A stretch of DNA of 64,000 nucleotides from Methanothrix sp. (GTDB taxonomy: Archaea; Halobacteriota; Methanosarcinia; Methanotrichales; Methanotrichaceae): positions 26,660 through 90,659 of the forward strand of contig JBAXWY010000008.1 in NCBI GenBank assembly GCA_037128175.1, in the 5' to 3' direction. Positions 28,482 through 38,369 of the stretch are shown piece by piece. Below the pieces are notes generated by a model that was not told the DNA's origin, made no database searches, and saw only the letters and a program-made list of their open reading frames with translations. Each line of letters starts with the position of its first letter. Position 1 is the first letter of the stretch. The position numbers and the translations under genes are program-made.

Positions 28482-29807
28482 CTATGCGGTTTTCTTGACG
28501 GGGGGCTTCAATAGCATGAAGGCCACGACAAGTCCTATTGCAGCCAAGGCAGCTACAACCAGGAAAAACGGCCTATAAGCATCCAGGAATGTAGCGCCGG
28601 CTGCGACCTTAGTAGTGGCTGCGATCTCAGCCGCGATAATGCCTCCGACCACCGCTCCAACACCATAGGCTGTGAAGACCAGTCCGTAGTTCTTGGCGTT
28701 GTCTTTCATTCCAAAGAAGCTTGCTGTAGCTGTTGGCGCTATAGCCAGCCAGGCACCAAGGCAACCCCAGAGTATGGCGAAGCTGACTATGAATGCCGTG
28801 ATAGAGGAATAGCTCGCGTACATCAGCAAGCATGCTGCTATTATGAGCACATACGTAATCATTGCCGCATTCTTGGGAGTTAGCTTATCCGTCAGAGTGC
28901 CAAAGATCGGTCTTCCCAGGCCATTAATAAGGGCGAAGGGAAGGATCAGTTGGAATACAAGAGCCGTCGACTCTGTCGCACTCATGCCTGCATTTGTCAT
29001 TACTTCTTTGCCTACTGGCCCGACTATTCCTATGGCCGTCAGCCCGGCTAGAGCTCCGATGGTATAACATAGCCAGAGACCCTTGAAGGTTCCTGTCTTG
29101 GTCATCTCGCTTCGCATGAAGTCAACCTTCTGGGCGGCTCCGGCCACAGGAGTTGGTGGGGCCCAGCCGGCCGGTTTCCAGCCCGCCGGTGGGAACCTAA
29201 GAAACATAGATGCTACAACCGTAATGATGATGAACGCGATACCATAGACCTGCAGGATGTTCATTATTTGGAGGCCAGCCGATTTCATGAATAGCGTGGC
29301 GTATGAGATCACGGCAGAAGAGAAGCCGAAGCCCAACACCGTAAGTCCCACGGCAAGGCCACGTTTATCAGGGAACCATTGCGCTGATACCGCGATTGGG
29401 ACGCCATAAGCTATGCCTACTCCCAATCCGCCGATAACGCCATACAATGGAATAAGCATTGAAGGCGAAGTAGCATATGAGGCAGCGAGCCACCCCAGGC
29501 CACAGAGTGCTCCGCCAATCATACTTACCTTCTTTGGGCCCATCTTCTGTATGTATGGTCCAGCCAGCGGCATTGTTAAAGCAAACAATGCCAGAAATGT
29601 GATAAAAGGCCAGGTCATATCAAATGCACTTGGGCCTTTTGTGGCCGGGTCTGCTATGGCCATTATGGACTTGAAGTAACCTGATATGTCACCTCTCACT
29701 GCGCCGTAAGCATAAATGGCACCCAGACAAAGCTGAATTATGATGCCTATTACTACCATCATCCATCGCCCACCGGGCGGTTCCTGTGATGCTGAATTTC
29801 CAGCCAT
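28482..29807 (-). CDS. MFS transporter, oxalate:formate antiporter (OFA)-like family, copy 1
   Basis: 12 transmembrane segments; WFPDKRGLAVG, NGLGRP.FG.LTDK and FG.K..AKNYG motifs. Confidence 0.9.
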   Translation of the reverse strand: MAGNSASQEPPGGRWMMVVIGIIIQLCLGAIYAYGAVRGDISGYFKSIMAIADPATKGPSAFDMTWPFITFLALFALTMPLAGPYIQKMGPKKVSMIGGALCGLGWLAASYATSPSMLIPLYGVIGGLGVGIAYGVPIAVSAQWFPDKRGLAVGLTVLGFGFSSAVISYATLFMKSAGLQIMNILQVYGIAFIIITVVASMFLRFPPAGWKPAGWAPPTPVAGAAQKVDFMRSEMTKTGTFKGLWLCYTIGALAGLTAIGIVGPVGKEVMTNAGMSATESTALVFQLILPFALINGLGRPIFGTLTDKLTPKNAAMITYVLIIAACLLMYASYSSITAFIVSFAILWGCLGAWLAIAPTATASFFGMKDNAKNYGLVFTAYGVGAVVGGIIAAEIAATTKVAAGATFLDAYRPFFLVVAALAAIGLVVAFMLLKPPVKKTA

Positions 29808-30240
29808 AAGTTTAACACCTTTCGATGATAACGATTTATTCTCATTCGATACATTCAATAAATATAATATGCAATAAGGATGAAAGTTTCCCTGAGTATA
29901 TTTTTATTAAATCCCTCCTTATCCCCTCCCTCACCCTTGAGATATTATTCAATGGCTTGGACCTAATTTCATCTCCCATATATTTAAATTTGGCGGCAAA
30001 TATAGCGATTATAGATTATAATATTGCACATATCGCAAAAATACCGGGGTCAATTTACATTAGTATTCGATGCACGCCCGGCCAAATCCAAAAAAGCAGC
30101 CTTGATCGAGCGAAATTATCTATCGCGATCGATAATAGTACATAAGTCCCTTTGCAAATCATCGTTAATGGCAATCTCTCTTAAGGTTAATGGCCAATAG
30201 TAGAGGGAGTATGATGCTAGTATGCTAAAAACCAACGGCT
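29800..30240. repeat. Duplicated intergenic/promoter region, copy 1 (homologous to 31590-32030)
   Basis: Shared blocks include CATATATTTAAATTT, ACATATCGCAAAAAT, TCCAAAAAAGCAGCCTTGAT, ATGGCAATCTCT.TTAAGGT and TATGCTAAAA.CCAAC. Confidence 0.85.
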
Positions 30241-30302
30241 AGACAAAAATACAATCACCACACAGGACAATATTAAGCAAAAAAAAAGTTTTATTATTTT
30301 AT

Positions 30303-31595
30303 TTAAGCTTCGCTCGGTGGTTTTACCATTACATAGGCCACGACAATGCCCAACGCTGCCAGTACGGCCACATATGGGAAGACGTTGACATAGCCGCCCA
30401 GCATGTCCTTGGCAGCTCCTGCCATTAAATTCCCAATGATGGCGCCGACACCATATGCGGTGTAGACCAGGCCGTAGTTTCGGGCGTAGTCCTTGGTGCC
30501 GAAGTAGCTCGCGGTTGTAGCCGGTGCGATGGCCAGCCAGCCGCCCAGGCAGAGCCAGAGCAGGGCGAAGGCAACCGTGTACATGGTGATTGATGCCGGA
30601 TTAGTGTACATCAGCAGGGAAGCCGCGATGATGATCACGTAGGACAGAATAGCGGTCCTTGGTGGTGTGAGCTTATCGGTCAGAGTGCCGAATAGCGGCC
30701 TGCCTACGGCATTGCAGAGTGCGAAGATCAAAGTGAGGTCCGTTAGTTTCTGGGTTATGTCAGCTTCTGCAATCATGGCATTTGCTGCTACTTCCAGGCC
30801 AGCAGGCTTGGCAACTCCGATGGCCATCAGTCCGGCCAGTGCACCGATCACATAGCAGATCCATAGGCCATAGAACGCCCTATTCTTTGACATCTCATCT
30901 CTCATGTAATCTGTCTTCTTGCCTCCGGCAGCAGCTACTGGTGGTTTCCAGCCACGGGGGGTCCAGCCAGCGGGAGGGAAGACCAGGAACATGGAGAGGG
31001 CCACGATTATGATCAAAAATGCTATGCCTAAGATGCGCATAGAACCGAAAACTCCGCCGAAGCTGGCAGAGATTATCTCCGACATTTTGCCGGTGATATA
31101 TGCGGAGAATCCGAACCCCAGAAGGGTCAATCCCACGGCCAGGCCGCGCTTGTCAGGGAACCATCTGGCTGCGGTGGTGATGGGACAGTTGTATGCGATG
31201 CCCACGCCAATACCGGCGATAACGCCGTACAGAATCATAAGCATCGTAGGGGATGTGGCTGTGGAACCCAAGATCCAGCCCAGGCCTACGATGACGCCGC
31301 CCAGCATTCCTACTTTTCGCGGCCCATATTTTTCAATGTATTTGCCGACCAATGGCATGGTCAGGGCAAAGAACGCCAGGGATGCGATGTAAGGAAGCGA
31401 CATCTGCATGGCGCTAACGGTTAATCCAAAGCCACCATCGGCGACGGGGGCAGTAAATACCTTTTTCAAAGGAACGCTAATTATACTATAAGCATACACT
31501 GCACCAAGACATAGCTCGATAATTGTTCCAATAATAATCAGCAGCCATCGCCCTGATTCTGGTGGCATGCCCAATATCTTTACATCATCTGCCAT
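30303..31595 (-). CDS. MFS transporter, OFA-like family, copy 2
   Basis: Paralogue of 28482-29807 with the same motifs. Confidence 0.9.
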   Translation of the reverse strand: MADDVKILGMPPESGRWLLIIIGTIIELCLGAVYAYSIISVPLKKVFTAPVADGGFGLTVSAMQMSLPYIASLAFFALTMPLVGKYIEKYGPRKVGMLGGVIVGLGWILGSTATSPTMLMILYGVIAGIGVGIAYNCPITTAARWFPDKRGLAVGLTLLGFGFSAYITGKMSEIISASFGGVFGSMRILGIAFLIIIVALSMFLVFPPAGWTPRGWKPPVAAAGGKKTDYMRDEMSKNRAFYGLWICYVIGALAGLMAIGVAKPAGLEVAANAMIAEADITQKLTDLTLIFALCNAVGRPLFGTLTDKLTPPRTAILSYVIIIAASLLMYTNPASITMYTVAFALLWLCLGGWLAIAPATTASYFGTKDYARNYGLVYTAYGVGAIIGNLMAGAAKDMLGGYVNVFPYVAVLAALGIVVAYVMVKPPSEA

Positions 31596-32012
31596 AAGTT
31601 TTACACCTTTGTATATCTGAGTTTTTTGATCAATACCTAAAATTAATATAATATACTGTCATAACTATAAATGTTAATAATCTTACTTCTATTAATCCCC
31701 CCGTATCCCATTCATCACCTTTAAAGAATTACCCAATGGCTGGGGCCAAATTTTGTCTCACATATATTTAAATTTAGCGGCAATTATAACAATTATAGTG
31801 AATATAGATTATACTCACATACATATCGCAAAAATTCTGTAGTTAATTTACAAATATGTTCGATGCTCATCCTGCCAATCCAAAAAAGCAGCCTTGATTA
31901 AGGGTGATTATCTATCGACCTTCGACAATAGCAAATAGGTCCCTTTGTAAACCATCGTTTATGGCAATCTCTTTTAAGGTGAATGGTTATTGCCAGGGGA
32001 GGTGGTGCTAAT

Positions 32013-32582
32013 ATGCTAAAAGCCAACCCCAAGACATCATGGAACCGCAATGAATGCATGCCAACGGTGGCAGCAACGGCTTACGTGGACGAATCAGCTA
32101 TGGTTATCGGCGATGTTCGCATCGGAGAGGAGGTTTATGTGGGCCCGTGCGTATCCCTGCGGGCGGACGAGGCCAACCCCATCATCATCGGCGATAAGTG
32201 CAACATCCAGGACGGCGTTGTCTTCCACGGCCTGATGGGCAGCTCCATACAACTCGAAAAAAAGATCTCCATCGCCCATGGTGCCGTAATTCACGGGCCC
32301 ATGAAGATCGAGGATGAGAGCTTTGTGGGCTTCAACTCTGTAGTTCATGCCTCAACTCTGGGCAAGAAGTGCTTTGTCGGCCACGCGGCGACGGTCATTG
32401 GTGTGAAGCTTGCCGACGGCAAGTTCGTGCCGCATGGCGCCCTGGTAGATACGCAGGAGAAGGCCGATGCGCTGGGACCCGTTCCTGAGAGCCTCAAGCA
32501 CTTCAATGAGGAAGTGGTCGAGGTTAACCGCGAGTTTGCCAAAAGCTACGGAGTTAGGAAGAAATCCTGTGTAGGCGAGTAA
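32013..32582 (+). CDS. Gamma-class carbonic anhydrase (Cam-like, no signal peptide)
   Basis: Hexapeptide repeats; LRADE, NIQDGVVFH, IAHGAVIHGP and VNREF motifs; GGAGGTG RBS before the ATG at 32013. Confidence 0.88.
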   Translation: MLKANPKTSWNRNECMPTVAATAYVDESAMVIGDVRIGEEVYVGPCVSLRADEANPIIIGDKCNIQDGVVFHGLMGSSIQLEKKISIAHGAVIHGPMKIEDESFVGFNSVVHASTLGKKCFVGHAATVIGVKLADGKFVPHGALVDTQEKADALGPVPESLKHFNEEVVEVNREFAKSYGVRKKSCVGE

Positions 32583-32630
32583 CAACCGAGTAATAATCAA
32601 AAATCTAAATCAATTTTTAATCTCGTTGAC

Positions 32631-32667
32631 CCAAGAAGACCCCATCCTTCTGGGCGTGGTAGTTGAC
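32631..32667 (+). mobile_element. Miniature IS200/IS605 right-end remnant (PATE-like)
   Basis: GAAGACCCCATCCTTCTGGGCGTGGTAGTTGAC resembles IS605-family right ends. TTGAC occurs just upstream (32626-32630) and as the last five bases (32663-32667). Confidence 0.5.
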
Positions 32668-32737
32668 CGGCCCCCTTCGGACAAGAAATATATACATCCC
32701 TCGCTCTAAGCCCCACTCTAGCTTTAGGTGATTGATA

Positions 32738-33766
32738 ATGGCAAAGATCAAAGCTGGCGTCTTAGGTGCCACCGGTGCCGTGGGACAGCGCTTCATTGAA
32801 GGATTGAAGAACCATCCCTGGTTTGAACTGACGAGCCTCGCGGCTTCCGAGAGAAGTGCAGGCAAGAAGTACAAAGACGCTGCCAAGTGGCGCCTGGAGA
32901 GCGAGCTTCCCGATGATATCGCGGAGATGACCGTGGTCAACGTCGATCCGCGAGAAGTCGATGCGGATATTGTATTTTCCGCGCTTCCCTCCGGTGACGC
33001 CATGACCGTTGAGCCGGCCTTCGCGGCGGCAGGCTTTGCGGTAGCCAGCAATACCAGCTCTTATCGTATGGTGGATGATGTGCCTCTGCTCATACCGGAG
33101 TGCAATTACGACCACCTGGATCTCATCAAAGTGCAGCGGGAAAAGCGGGGCTGGGATGGATATCTCACCACCAACCCCAACTGCACCACTGTCATGTTCA
33201 CCCTGCCTCTCAAGCCGCTCATGAAGTTCGGCATCAAGAGCGTGCATGTGGCCTCCATGCAGGCCGTGTCCGGAGCCGGATATGAGGGTGTGCCCTCCAT
33301 GGCCATCCTTGGCAACGTCATTCCCTACATCGGTGGAGAGGAAGAGAAGGTGGAGACTGAGCCGCAGAAGATCCTGGGCCGCTTTGATGGCGAAAAAATC
33401 GTGTATGCGGATTTCTCAGTGAGCGCCAGTTGCCATCGCGTGCCGGTCATGGACGGGCACACGGAAGCTGTCTGGGTGACCATGAGAGACAATCCCACAC
33501 CAGAAGAGGTCAAGAAGGCCATGCAAAACTTCGATGCGGGCCTGGGAGATCTGCCCACCTCGCCCAAAAAAGCGATCATCGTCAAAGATGAGCCCGATCG
33601 ACCTCAGCCCCGGCTCGATCGCGACAGGGGTAACGGCATGTCCGTATCCGTGGGACGGATCAGGTCGGGAATCAGGTTCATCTGCATGGGCCACAACACT
33701 GTACGTGGCGCAGCGGGTGCCAGCATTCTCAATGCCGAATTGCTGGTGAAAAAAGGCCTGCTTTGA
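32738..33766 (+). CDS. asd: Aspartate-semialdehyde dehydrogenase
   Basis: [31 protein letters not shown] and HNTVRGAAG motifs. Confidence 0.97.
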   Translation: MAKIKAGVLGATGAVGQRFIEGLKNHPWFELTSLAASERSAGKKYKDAAKWRLESELPDDIAEMTVVNVDPREVDADIVFSALPSGDAMTVEPAFAAAGFAVASNTSSYRMVDDVPLLIPECNYDHLDLIKVQREKRGWDGYLTTNPNCTTVMFTLPLKPLMKFGIKSVHVASMQAVSGAGYEGVPSMAILGNVIPYIGGEEEKVETEPQKILGRFDGEKIVYADFSVSASCHRVPVMDGHTEAVWVTMRDNPTPEEVKKAMQNFDAGLGDLPTSPKKAIIVKDEPDRPQPRLDRDRGNGMSVSVGRIRSGIRFICMGHNTVRGAAGASILNAELLVKKGLL

Positions 33767-34728
33767 TGCTGATTGTTGCTTGGGAGGTGACGGCAGCCTG
33801 CAATCTGTCCTGCGGCTACTGCCGCGCCTCTGCCTCCTTTTTGCCCGATGCGGATGAGCTTTCCACAAAGGAGGCGCTTTCTTTTTTAGACAGCATTGCC
33901 TCCTTAGAGCCCATGCTTATCTTAAGCGGCGGCGAGCCCTTGCTGCGGCCCGATATCTTCCAAATAGCGCGTCACGGGGTAGCTTTGGGCATGCGTGTAT
34001 CTTTGGCCAGCAACGGAACGCTGCTCACACCAAAGGTTGCAGACGAGATTGCGGCTTCCGGCATCTCGCGAGTCAGCATCAGCCTGGACGGCGCAACGCC
34101 TGAGAAGCATGATCTGATTCGCGGCAAGGGTTGCTTTCAAGCGGCCATGCGAGGAATAGACAACCTCTGCGGTAAGGTCGATTTTCAGATCAACAACACC
34201 CTCACCAGCAGAAATGAGTCTGATGTCTCGGCAATCTTCGATCTGGCTCAAAGAGTGGGGGCTCGTGCCCTTCACTTCTTTTTCCTGGTGGCCACGGGCC
34301 GGGGCCGGGAGGCGGATCTCATCTCGCCACAGCGGCAGGAGCAGCTTCTCATCGAGATCGACCGGGAGCGAGAATTTCGTTCCCTGGAGGTGCAGGTCAC
34401 CTGCGCACCCCAGTATGCTCGAATAGCCAGGCCCGGGAAGGGGCGCGCCGGCGGCTGCCTGGCGGGCAAAAGCTTCGTCTTTGTCTCCCGAAAGGGCGAT
34501 GTCTATCCCTGCGGCTATTTTCCTCTGCGGGTCGGGAACATCAGGGAAAAGAATTTTATAGAGATATGGGAGAATGCGACTGAGCTGCGGGCGCTGCGAG
34601 ATAGGGTTCTTAAAGGAAAGTGCGGACGGTGCAGCTATTCCTCCATCTGCGGAGGCTGCCGGGCGCGGGCCTATGCAAAAACGGGTGATTTCCTGGGGCC
34701 GGACCCCGCCTGCCGCCTGGAGGTGTAG
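33766..34728 (+). CDS. ahbD: Radical SAM/SPASM heme b synthase (AhbD-like)
   Basis: WEVT.ACNLSCGYCRA, GCLAG..F.FVS..G.VYPC and CGGCRARA motifs; adjacent to an ahbA-like gene. Confidence 0.75.
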   Translation: MLIVAWEVTAACNLSCGYCRASASFLPDADELSTKEALSFLDSIASLEPMLILSGGEPLLRPDIFQIARHGVALGMRVSLASNGTLLTPKVADEIAASGISRVSISLDGATPEKHDLIRGKGCFQAAMRGIDNLCGKVDFQINNTLTSRNESDVSAIFDLAQRVGARALHFFFLVATGRGREADLISPQRQEQLLIEIDREREFRSLEVQVTCAPQYARIARPGKGRAGGCLAGKSFVFVSRKGDVYPCGYFPLRVGNIREKNFIEIWENATELRALRDRVLKGKCGRCSYSSICGGCRARAYAKTGDFLGPDPACRLEV

Positions 34729-34730
34729 CC

Positions 34731-35180
34731 ATGGATGAGATCGACTTAGAACTGCTTTCTGCCGTGCAAGACGGCTTTCCCATAACGTCTCGACCTTTCC
34801 GGGATTTAGGCCAGGCCCTGGGACTGGATGAAGAAGAGGTAATAACCCGGCTCTCTTGTCTGCAGAAGGAAGGACTGGTGCGCAGGATCGGGCCGGTTCT
34901 TGATCTTCGTAAATTGGGCCGCAGCGGAATTTTGGCGGCTCTAGAAGTATCCTGGGAAGAGGCGGATAGGGCGGCAGAGGTCATTAATGAGTACACTGAG
35001 GTCTCGCACAACTATCTGCGTCCCGATGAGAGCGGCTACAATCTCTGGTTCACGGTGTCGGCCACAGAGGAGCGAATCCAGGAAATATTGCAGGATATCA
35101 AGACTAAGACGGGACGAAAAATGCTGGTTTTGCCTACCCTCAGGATATTTAAGATCGGCGTTAAGTTCGACATAGTTTGA
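34731..35180 (+). CDS. ahbA: Siroheme decarboxylase subunit (AhbA/NirD-like, AsnC fold)
   Basis: QDGFPITSRPF, VRRIGP, VSHNYLR and YNLWFT motifs. Confidence 0.85.
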   Translation: MDEIDLELLSAVQDGFPITSRPFRDLGQALGLDEEEVITRLSCLQKEGLVRRIGPVLDLRKLGRSGILAALEVSWEEADRAAEVINEYTEVSHNYLRPDESGYNLWFTVSATEERIQEILQDIKTKTGRKMLVLPTLRIFKIGVKFDIV

Positions 35181-35249
35181 TAGAAAAATACAGGTCGCAA
35201 ACTCCGGTCTTCCGGCCGGAGTATATAGTTTCAATGCCTATAATCTGCT

Positions 35250-35630
35250 ATGGATGTGCGATCTACACGGCATAGTAAGTATAACCGAAACTATCATCTA
35301 GTTTGGATTCCTAAATATAGGCATCCTGTACTTGCCGGAGAGGTCGCCACTCACCTATCAGACATCTTGCATACAATTGCAGAAAAGAAGGATGTGGAGA
35401 TACTCAGCTTAGAGATTATGCCGGATCATATACATCTCTTTGTGTCTTCGCCGCCGCAGAATGCACCGTCTTTGCTCGTTAATTGGTTCAAGGGTATCAG
35501 TGCAAGGATGTTCAATTACTGGTACAAAGATACTCATCTGAAATGGACTAATTCGTACTACGTCGGTACAGCAGGAACAGTTACGGCTGAGACCATCAAG
35601 CGATATATCGAGGAACAAAAATCAAAATGA
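35250..35630 (+). CDS. tnpA: IS200-family HUH (Y1) transposase
   Basis: YHLVWIPKYR, PDHIHLF (HUH) and YIEEQ catalytic Tyr. Confidence 0.95.
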   Translation: MDVRSTRHSKYNRNYHLVWIPKYRHPVLAGEVATHLSDILHTIAEKKDVEILSLEIMPDHIHLFVSSPPQNAPSLLVNWFKGISARMFNYWYKDTHLKWTNSYYVGTAGTVTAETIKRYIEEQKSK

Positions 35631-36754
35631 AGACTGCCTACAAGTTCAGGATGTATCCTAATAGGCAACAAGTAGCCCAATTGGAGCTAACCCTGGATAC
35701 TTGCAGGTATCTCTATAATCTGGCATTGGCTGACCGGAAGAATGTATATGAAACTGAAGGCATTCGCCAAAGCTACGAAGATCAGGCCGCAAAGCTCACA
35801 GTAGAAAGAAAGAACGGCAATTTCAACAGCATCTATGCTCACTGCCTGCAAGATGTTCTTCGCAGGCTGGATAAGTCTTTCAAAGCGTTCTTCAGAAGGG
35901 TCAAGGTCGGAGAAGAACCCGGTTATCCGAGATTCAAGGGGGAAGGCTGGTACAAGTCTTTCACATACCCTGACTCCGAAACAGGCTACAAGCTTGACGG
36001 ATCAAAGCTGACGCTCTCCAAGATAGGTTCTATCCGAATATTCAAGCATAGGGAAGTTGAAGGCAAGATCAAGACCTGCACCATCAAAAAGGATAATCTA
36101 GGTCACTGGTATGCGATCTTGATATCAGAGGTTGAAGATGTATCTCCGATTGAGCCAAAGACCGCTATTGGTGTAGATGTGGGCTTGAAGAGTCTGGTTG
36201 CTCTTTCCGGCGGTGAGACGGTTGAATATCCACGGTACTACGTCATGGCAGAAAAGAAGCTTGCAGCAGCCCAAAGGAACCTCTCTCGAAAAAAGAAGGG
36301 TTCGGCCAATAGGCGGAAAGCCAAAGCGAAGGTCGCTAAGATCAGTCAAGATGTTCAACACCATAGGGATGAGTTCTTGCATCAATTATCCAAGATGCTC
36401 GTAGATTTAGCCGACCTAATTGTATTTGAGAACCTTAATATTTCCGGTATGCTCAAGAATCACCATCTAGCAAAGCATATTCAAGACCATGCTTGGGGCA
36501 AACTAATTCAGTTCACTCAGAGCAAAGCTGCAAAGGCTGGCAAAGTGGTAGAACTGGTAGATGCGAGATACACTTCGCAGAAATGCTCCCAATGCGGCAT
36601 AATGGTTCCTAAGACGCTGGCAGAACGAGTCCATATTTGCCCTAATTGTGGGCTGGAGATGGACAGAGACATCAATGCCAGCCTGAACATTCGCACCCTC
36701 GGACTGAGGGGAAGAGCCTATCGAGATACGGCAAAAGAATCAGCCGGTCAATGA
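35627..36754 (+). CDS. tnpB: RNA-guided endonuclease TnpB
   Basis: RuvC D-E-D triad (GVDVG, FENL, DRDINA); CSQC...CPNC zinc finger; YTSQ motif. Confidence 0.95.
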   Translation: MKTAYKFRMYPNRQQVAQLELTLDTCRYLYNLALADRKNVYETEGIRQSYEDQAAKLTVERKNGNFNSIYAHCLQDVLRRLDKSFKAFFRRVKVGEEPGYPRFKGEGWYKSFTYPDSETGYKLDGSKLTLSKIGSIRIFKHREVEGKIKTCTIKKDNLGHWYAILISEVEDVSPIEPKTAIGVDVGLKSLVALSGGETVEYPRYYVMAEKKLAAAQRNLSRKKKGSANRRKAKAKVAKISQDVQHHRDEFLHQLSKMLVDLADLIVFENLNISGMLKNHHLAKHIQDHAWGKLIQFTQSKAAKAGKVVELVDARYTSQKCSQCGIMVPKTLAERVHICPNCGLEMDRDINASLNIRTLGLRGRAYRDTAKESAGQ

Positions 36755-36827
36755 AGTAGGAAGCCCTGGTCTTTAGGCCAGGGAGGAAGTCACAATTTGA
36801 TATACCTGGAAGTGCATCGATTAGATT

Positions 36828-37100
36828 ATGGCTAAACTCAAACTGATGGACTTTTATGCGGACTGGTGCGGACCATGCAAGATGCAGGGTCCCATCTTCG
36901 AGGATCTGGCCAAGGATTTCAGCGATAAGGTGGAATTTCAAAAGATCAATGTGGACAAGGAGGGCGACCTGGCTATCGAGAAGGGCATCATGGTTGTGCC
37001 CACCATCATCCTGGAGAAGGACGGCGTGGAAGTACAGAAGTGGATGGGCGTCACGTCCAAAGAAGAGCTGATAAAAGCCATCAACATAGCCCTGAAGTGA
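36828..37100 (+). CDS. trxA: Thioredoxin
   Basis: DFYADWCGPCK and VPT motifs. Confidence 0.93.
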   Translation: MAKLKLMDFYADWCGPCKMQGPIFEDLAKDFSDKVEFQKINVDKEGDLAIEKGIMVVPTIILEKDGVEVQKWMGVTSKEELIKAINIALK

Positions 37101-37127
37101 GATAAAAAGCAAGGAGAGGAAAGAGGA

Positions 37128-38105
37128 GTGGGAGAGACAACGGGCGGGGACGGTTGCCTGGAGGCGGTGCGAAGGATCAACAGCCGAGGAGGTTGTGCGC
37201 CTCATCTCGCCCTGCGCTTCGACTCTCACCTTTTTTCTATAGATACCAGCCGCGCTCTCAAAGCCAGCGTGCAGCCTGATGCCTATCTCATCACTCATGC
37301 CCATAGCGATCACTATGGCAAATCGGCCATGAACTCCCCGCGGGCTATCGCCTCCGTACAGACGGCACGCGCTTTAGAGATTCGTTACGAGCGGGAGTAC
37401 AAAGGCCGCACCTTTGAGGTGGGGAGAAGCATTGTGGTCGATGATGTGAGAGTGGACACGCATACTACCGGTCACACTATCGGCTCGACTGCTTTCTCCT
37501 GGCAGACGGAGACGGGAGAGAGGGTGCTGGTGACTGGGGACGTAAAAGACTACAGTCATCTGCCAAAATGCGATTTTCTGGTCACTGAAGCCAACTATGG
37601 CGATCCCTATGATCCCTCCTGCATCTTTGAGGACGATCTGGCCGGCTTTTTCGAGGCTTTAGAGTTGGGAGCCAGCTTTGGTGCTTATGCTTTTGGCAAA
37701 GCCCAGCGGGCGGTGGGTCTCATGAGGGCCATGGGCTACAAAGATGAGATCGGCATGGATGAGAAGAGCCTGATCCTGACGCGAGAGTTGATGAAAGAAG
37801 CTGCCGGGCCGCTCACAGAGGTAAACGGGGGCATATCCAATGTGGTCACGCCCTGGAATCTGTACCAGGTGCAGAGCCGCAACAAGTATTTCCTCACGGG
37901 AAGAAGGGATACGTCTTATCCCACCATCCAACTCTCCGATCACCTGGACTTTCGCGGCCTGATGAAGATGATCGAACATGTCTCGCCCCGTGAAGTGCTG
38001 GTCTACCATCCCGAGGGAGAACGTGCCAGCCTGCTGGCGCACCATTTACAGGAGTGCGGCTTGGAGACGACGTCGCTCGACCTGATTGAGAAGTTTGTGC
38101 GATAA
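37128..38105 (+). CDS. Metallo-beta-lactamase / beta-CASP-like nuclease
   Basis: THAHSDH, GHTIGS, TGD, TEANYG and LSDHLD motifs. Confidence 0.85.
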   Translation: MGETTGGDGCLEAVRRINSRGGCAPHLALRFDSHLFSIDTSRALKASVQPDAYLITHAHSDHYGKSAMNSPRAIASVQTARALEIRYEREYKGRTFEVGRSIVVDDVRVDTHTTGHTIGSTAFSWQTETGERVLVTGDVKDYSHLPKCDFLVTEANYGDPYDPSCIFEDDLAGFFEALELGASFGAYAFGKAQRAVGLMRAMGYKDEIGMDEKSLILTRELMKEAAGPLTEVNGGISNVVTPWNLYQVQSRNKYFLTGRRDTSYPTIQLSDHLDFRGLMKMIEHVSPREVLVYHPEGERASLLAHHLQECGLETTSLDLIEKFVR

Positions 38106-38144
38106 ATATAATTCTTAAATGATGATATTGTCGGCGCGATATTT

Positions 38145-38369
38145 CTACAACAGATCCAATAGTTCTTCTCTTGTTATGCTTGCCTGTTTCATGATTTCGA
38201 TAAGCAATCCTTTGCCTACCTCTTTTTTGTGGAACGGAATAATAACTGTGATATCTAGATCAGAATGGCAATAGGCATGATGACTACCCCTAATGCGGTC
38301 TAATTCGAACCCTTTCTTTTCCAGGGCTTTGGCAAGCTTCTCTGGAGATAGGACGGGTAATTTAGGCAT
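38145..38369 (-). CDS. hicA: HicA family toxin
   Basis: GFELDRIRGSH and IPFH...GLL..I motifs. Confidence 0.9.
   Translation of the reverse strand: MPKLPVLSPEKLAKALEKKGFELDRIRGSHHAYCHSDLDITVIIPFHKKEVGKGLLIEIMKQASITREELLDLL

Larger units (their letters stand above)
35182..36793 (+). mobile_element. IS200/IS605-family insertion sequence (tnpA + tnpB)
   Basis: TTGAT target at 35177-35181; left hairpin ACTCCGG...CCGGAGT (about 35199-35222); right end GAAGCCCTGGTCTTTAGGCCAGGGAGGAAGTCAC ending at 36793. Confidence 0.88.
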
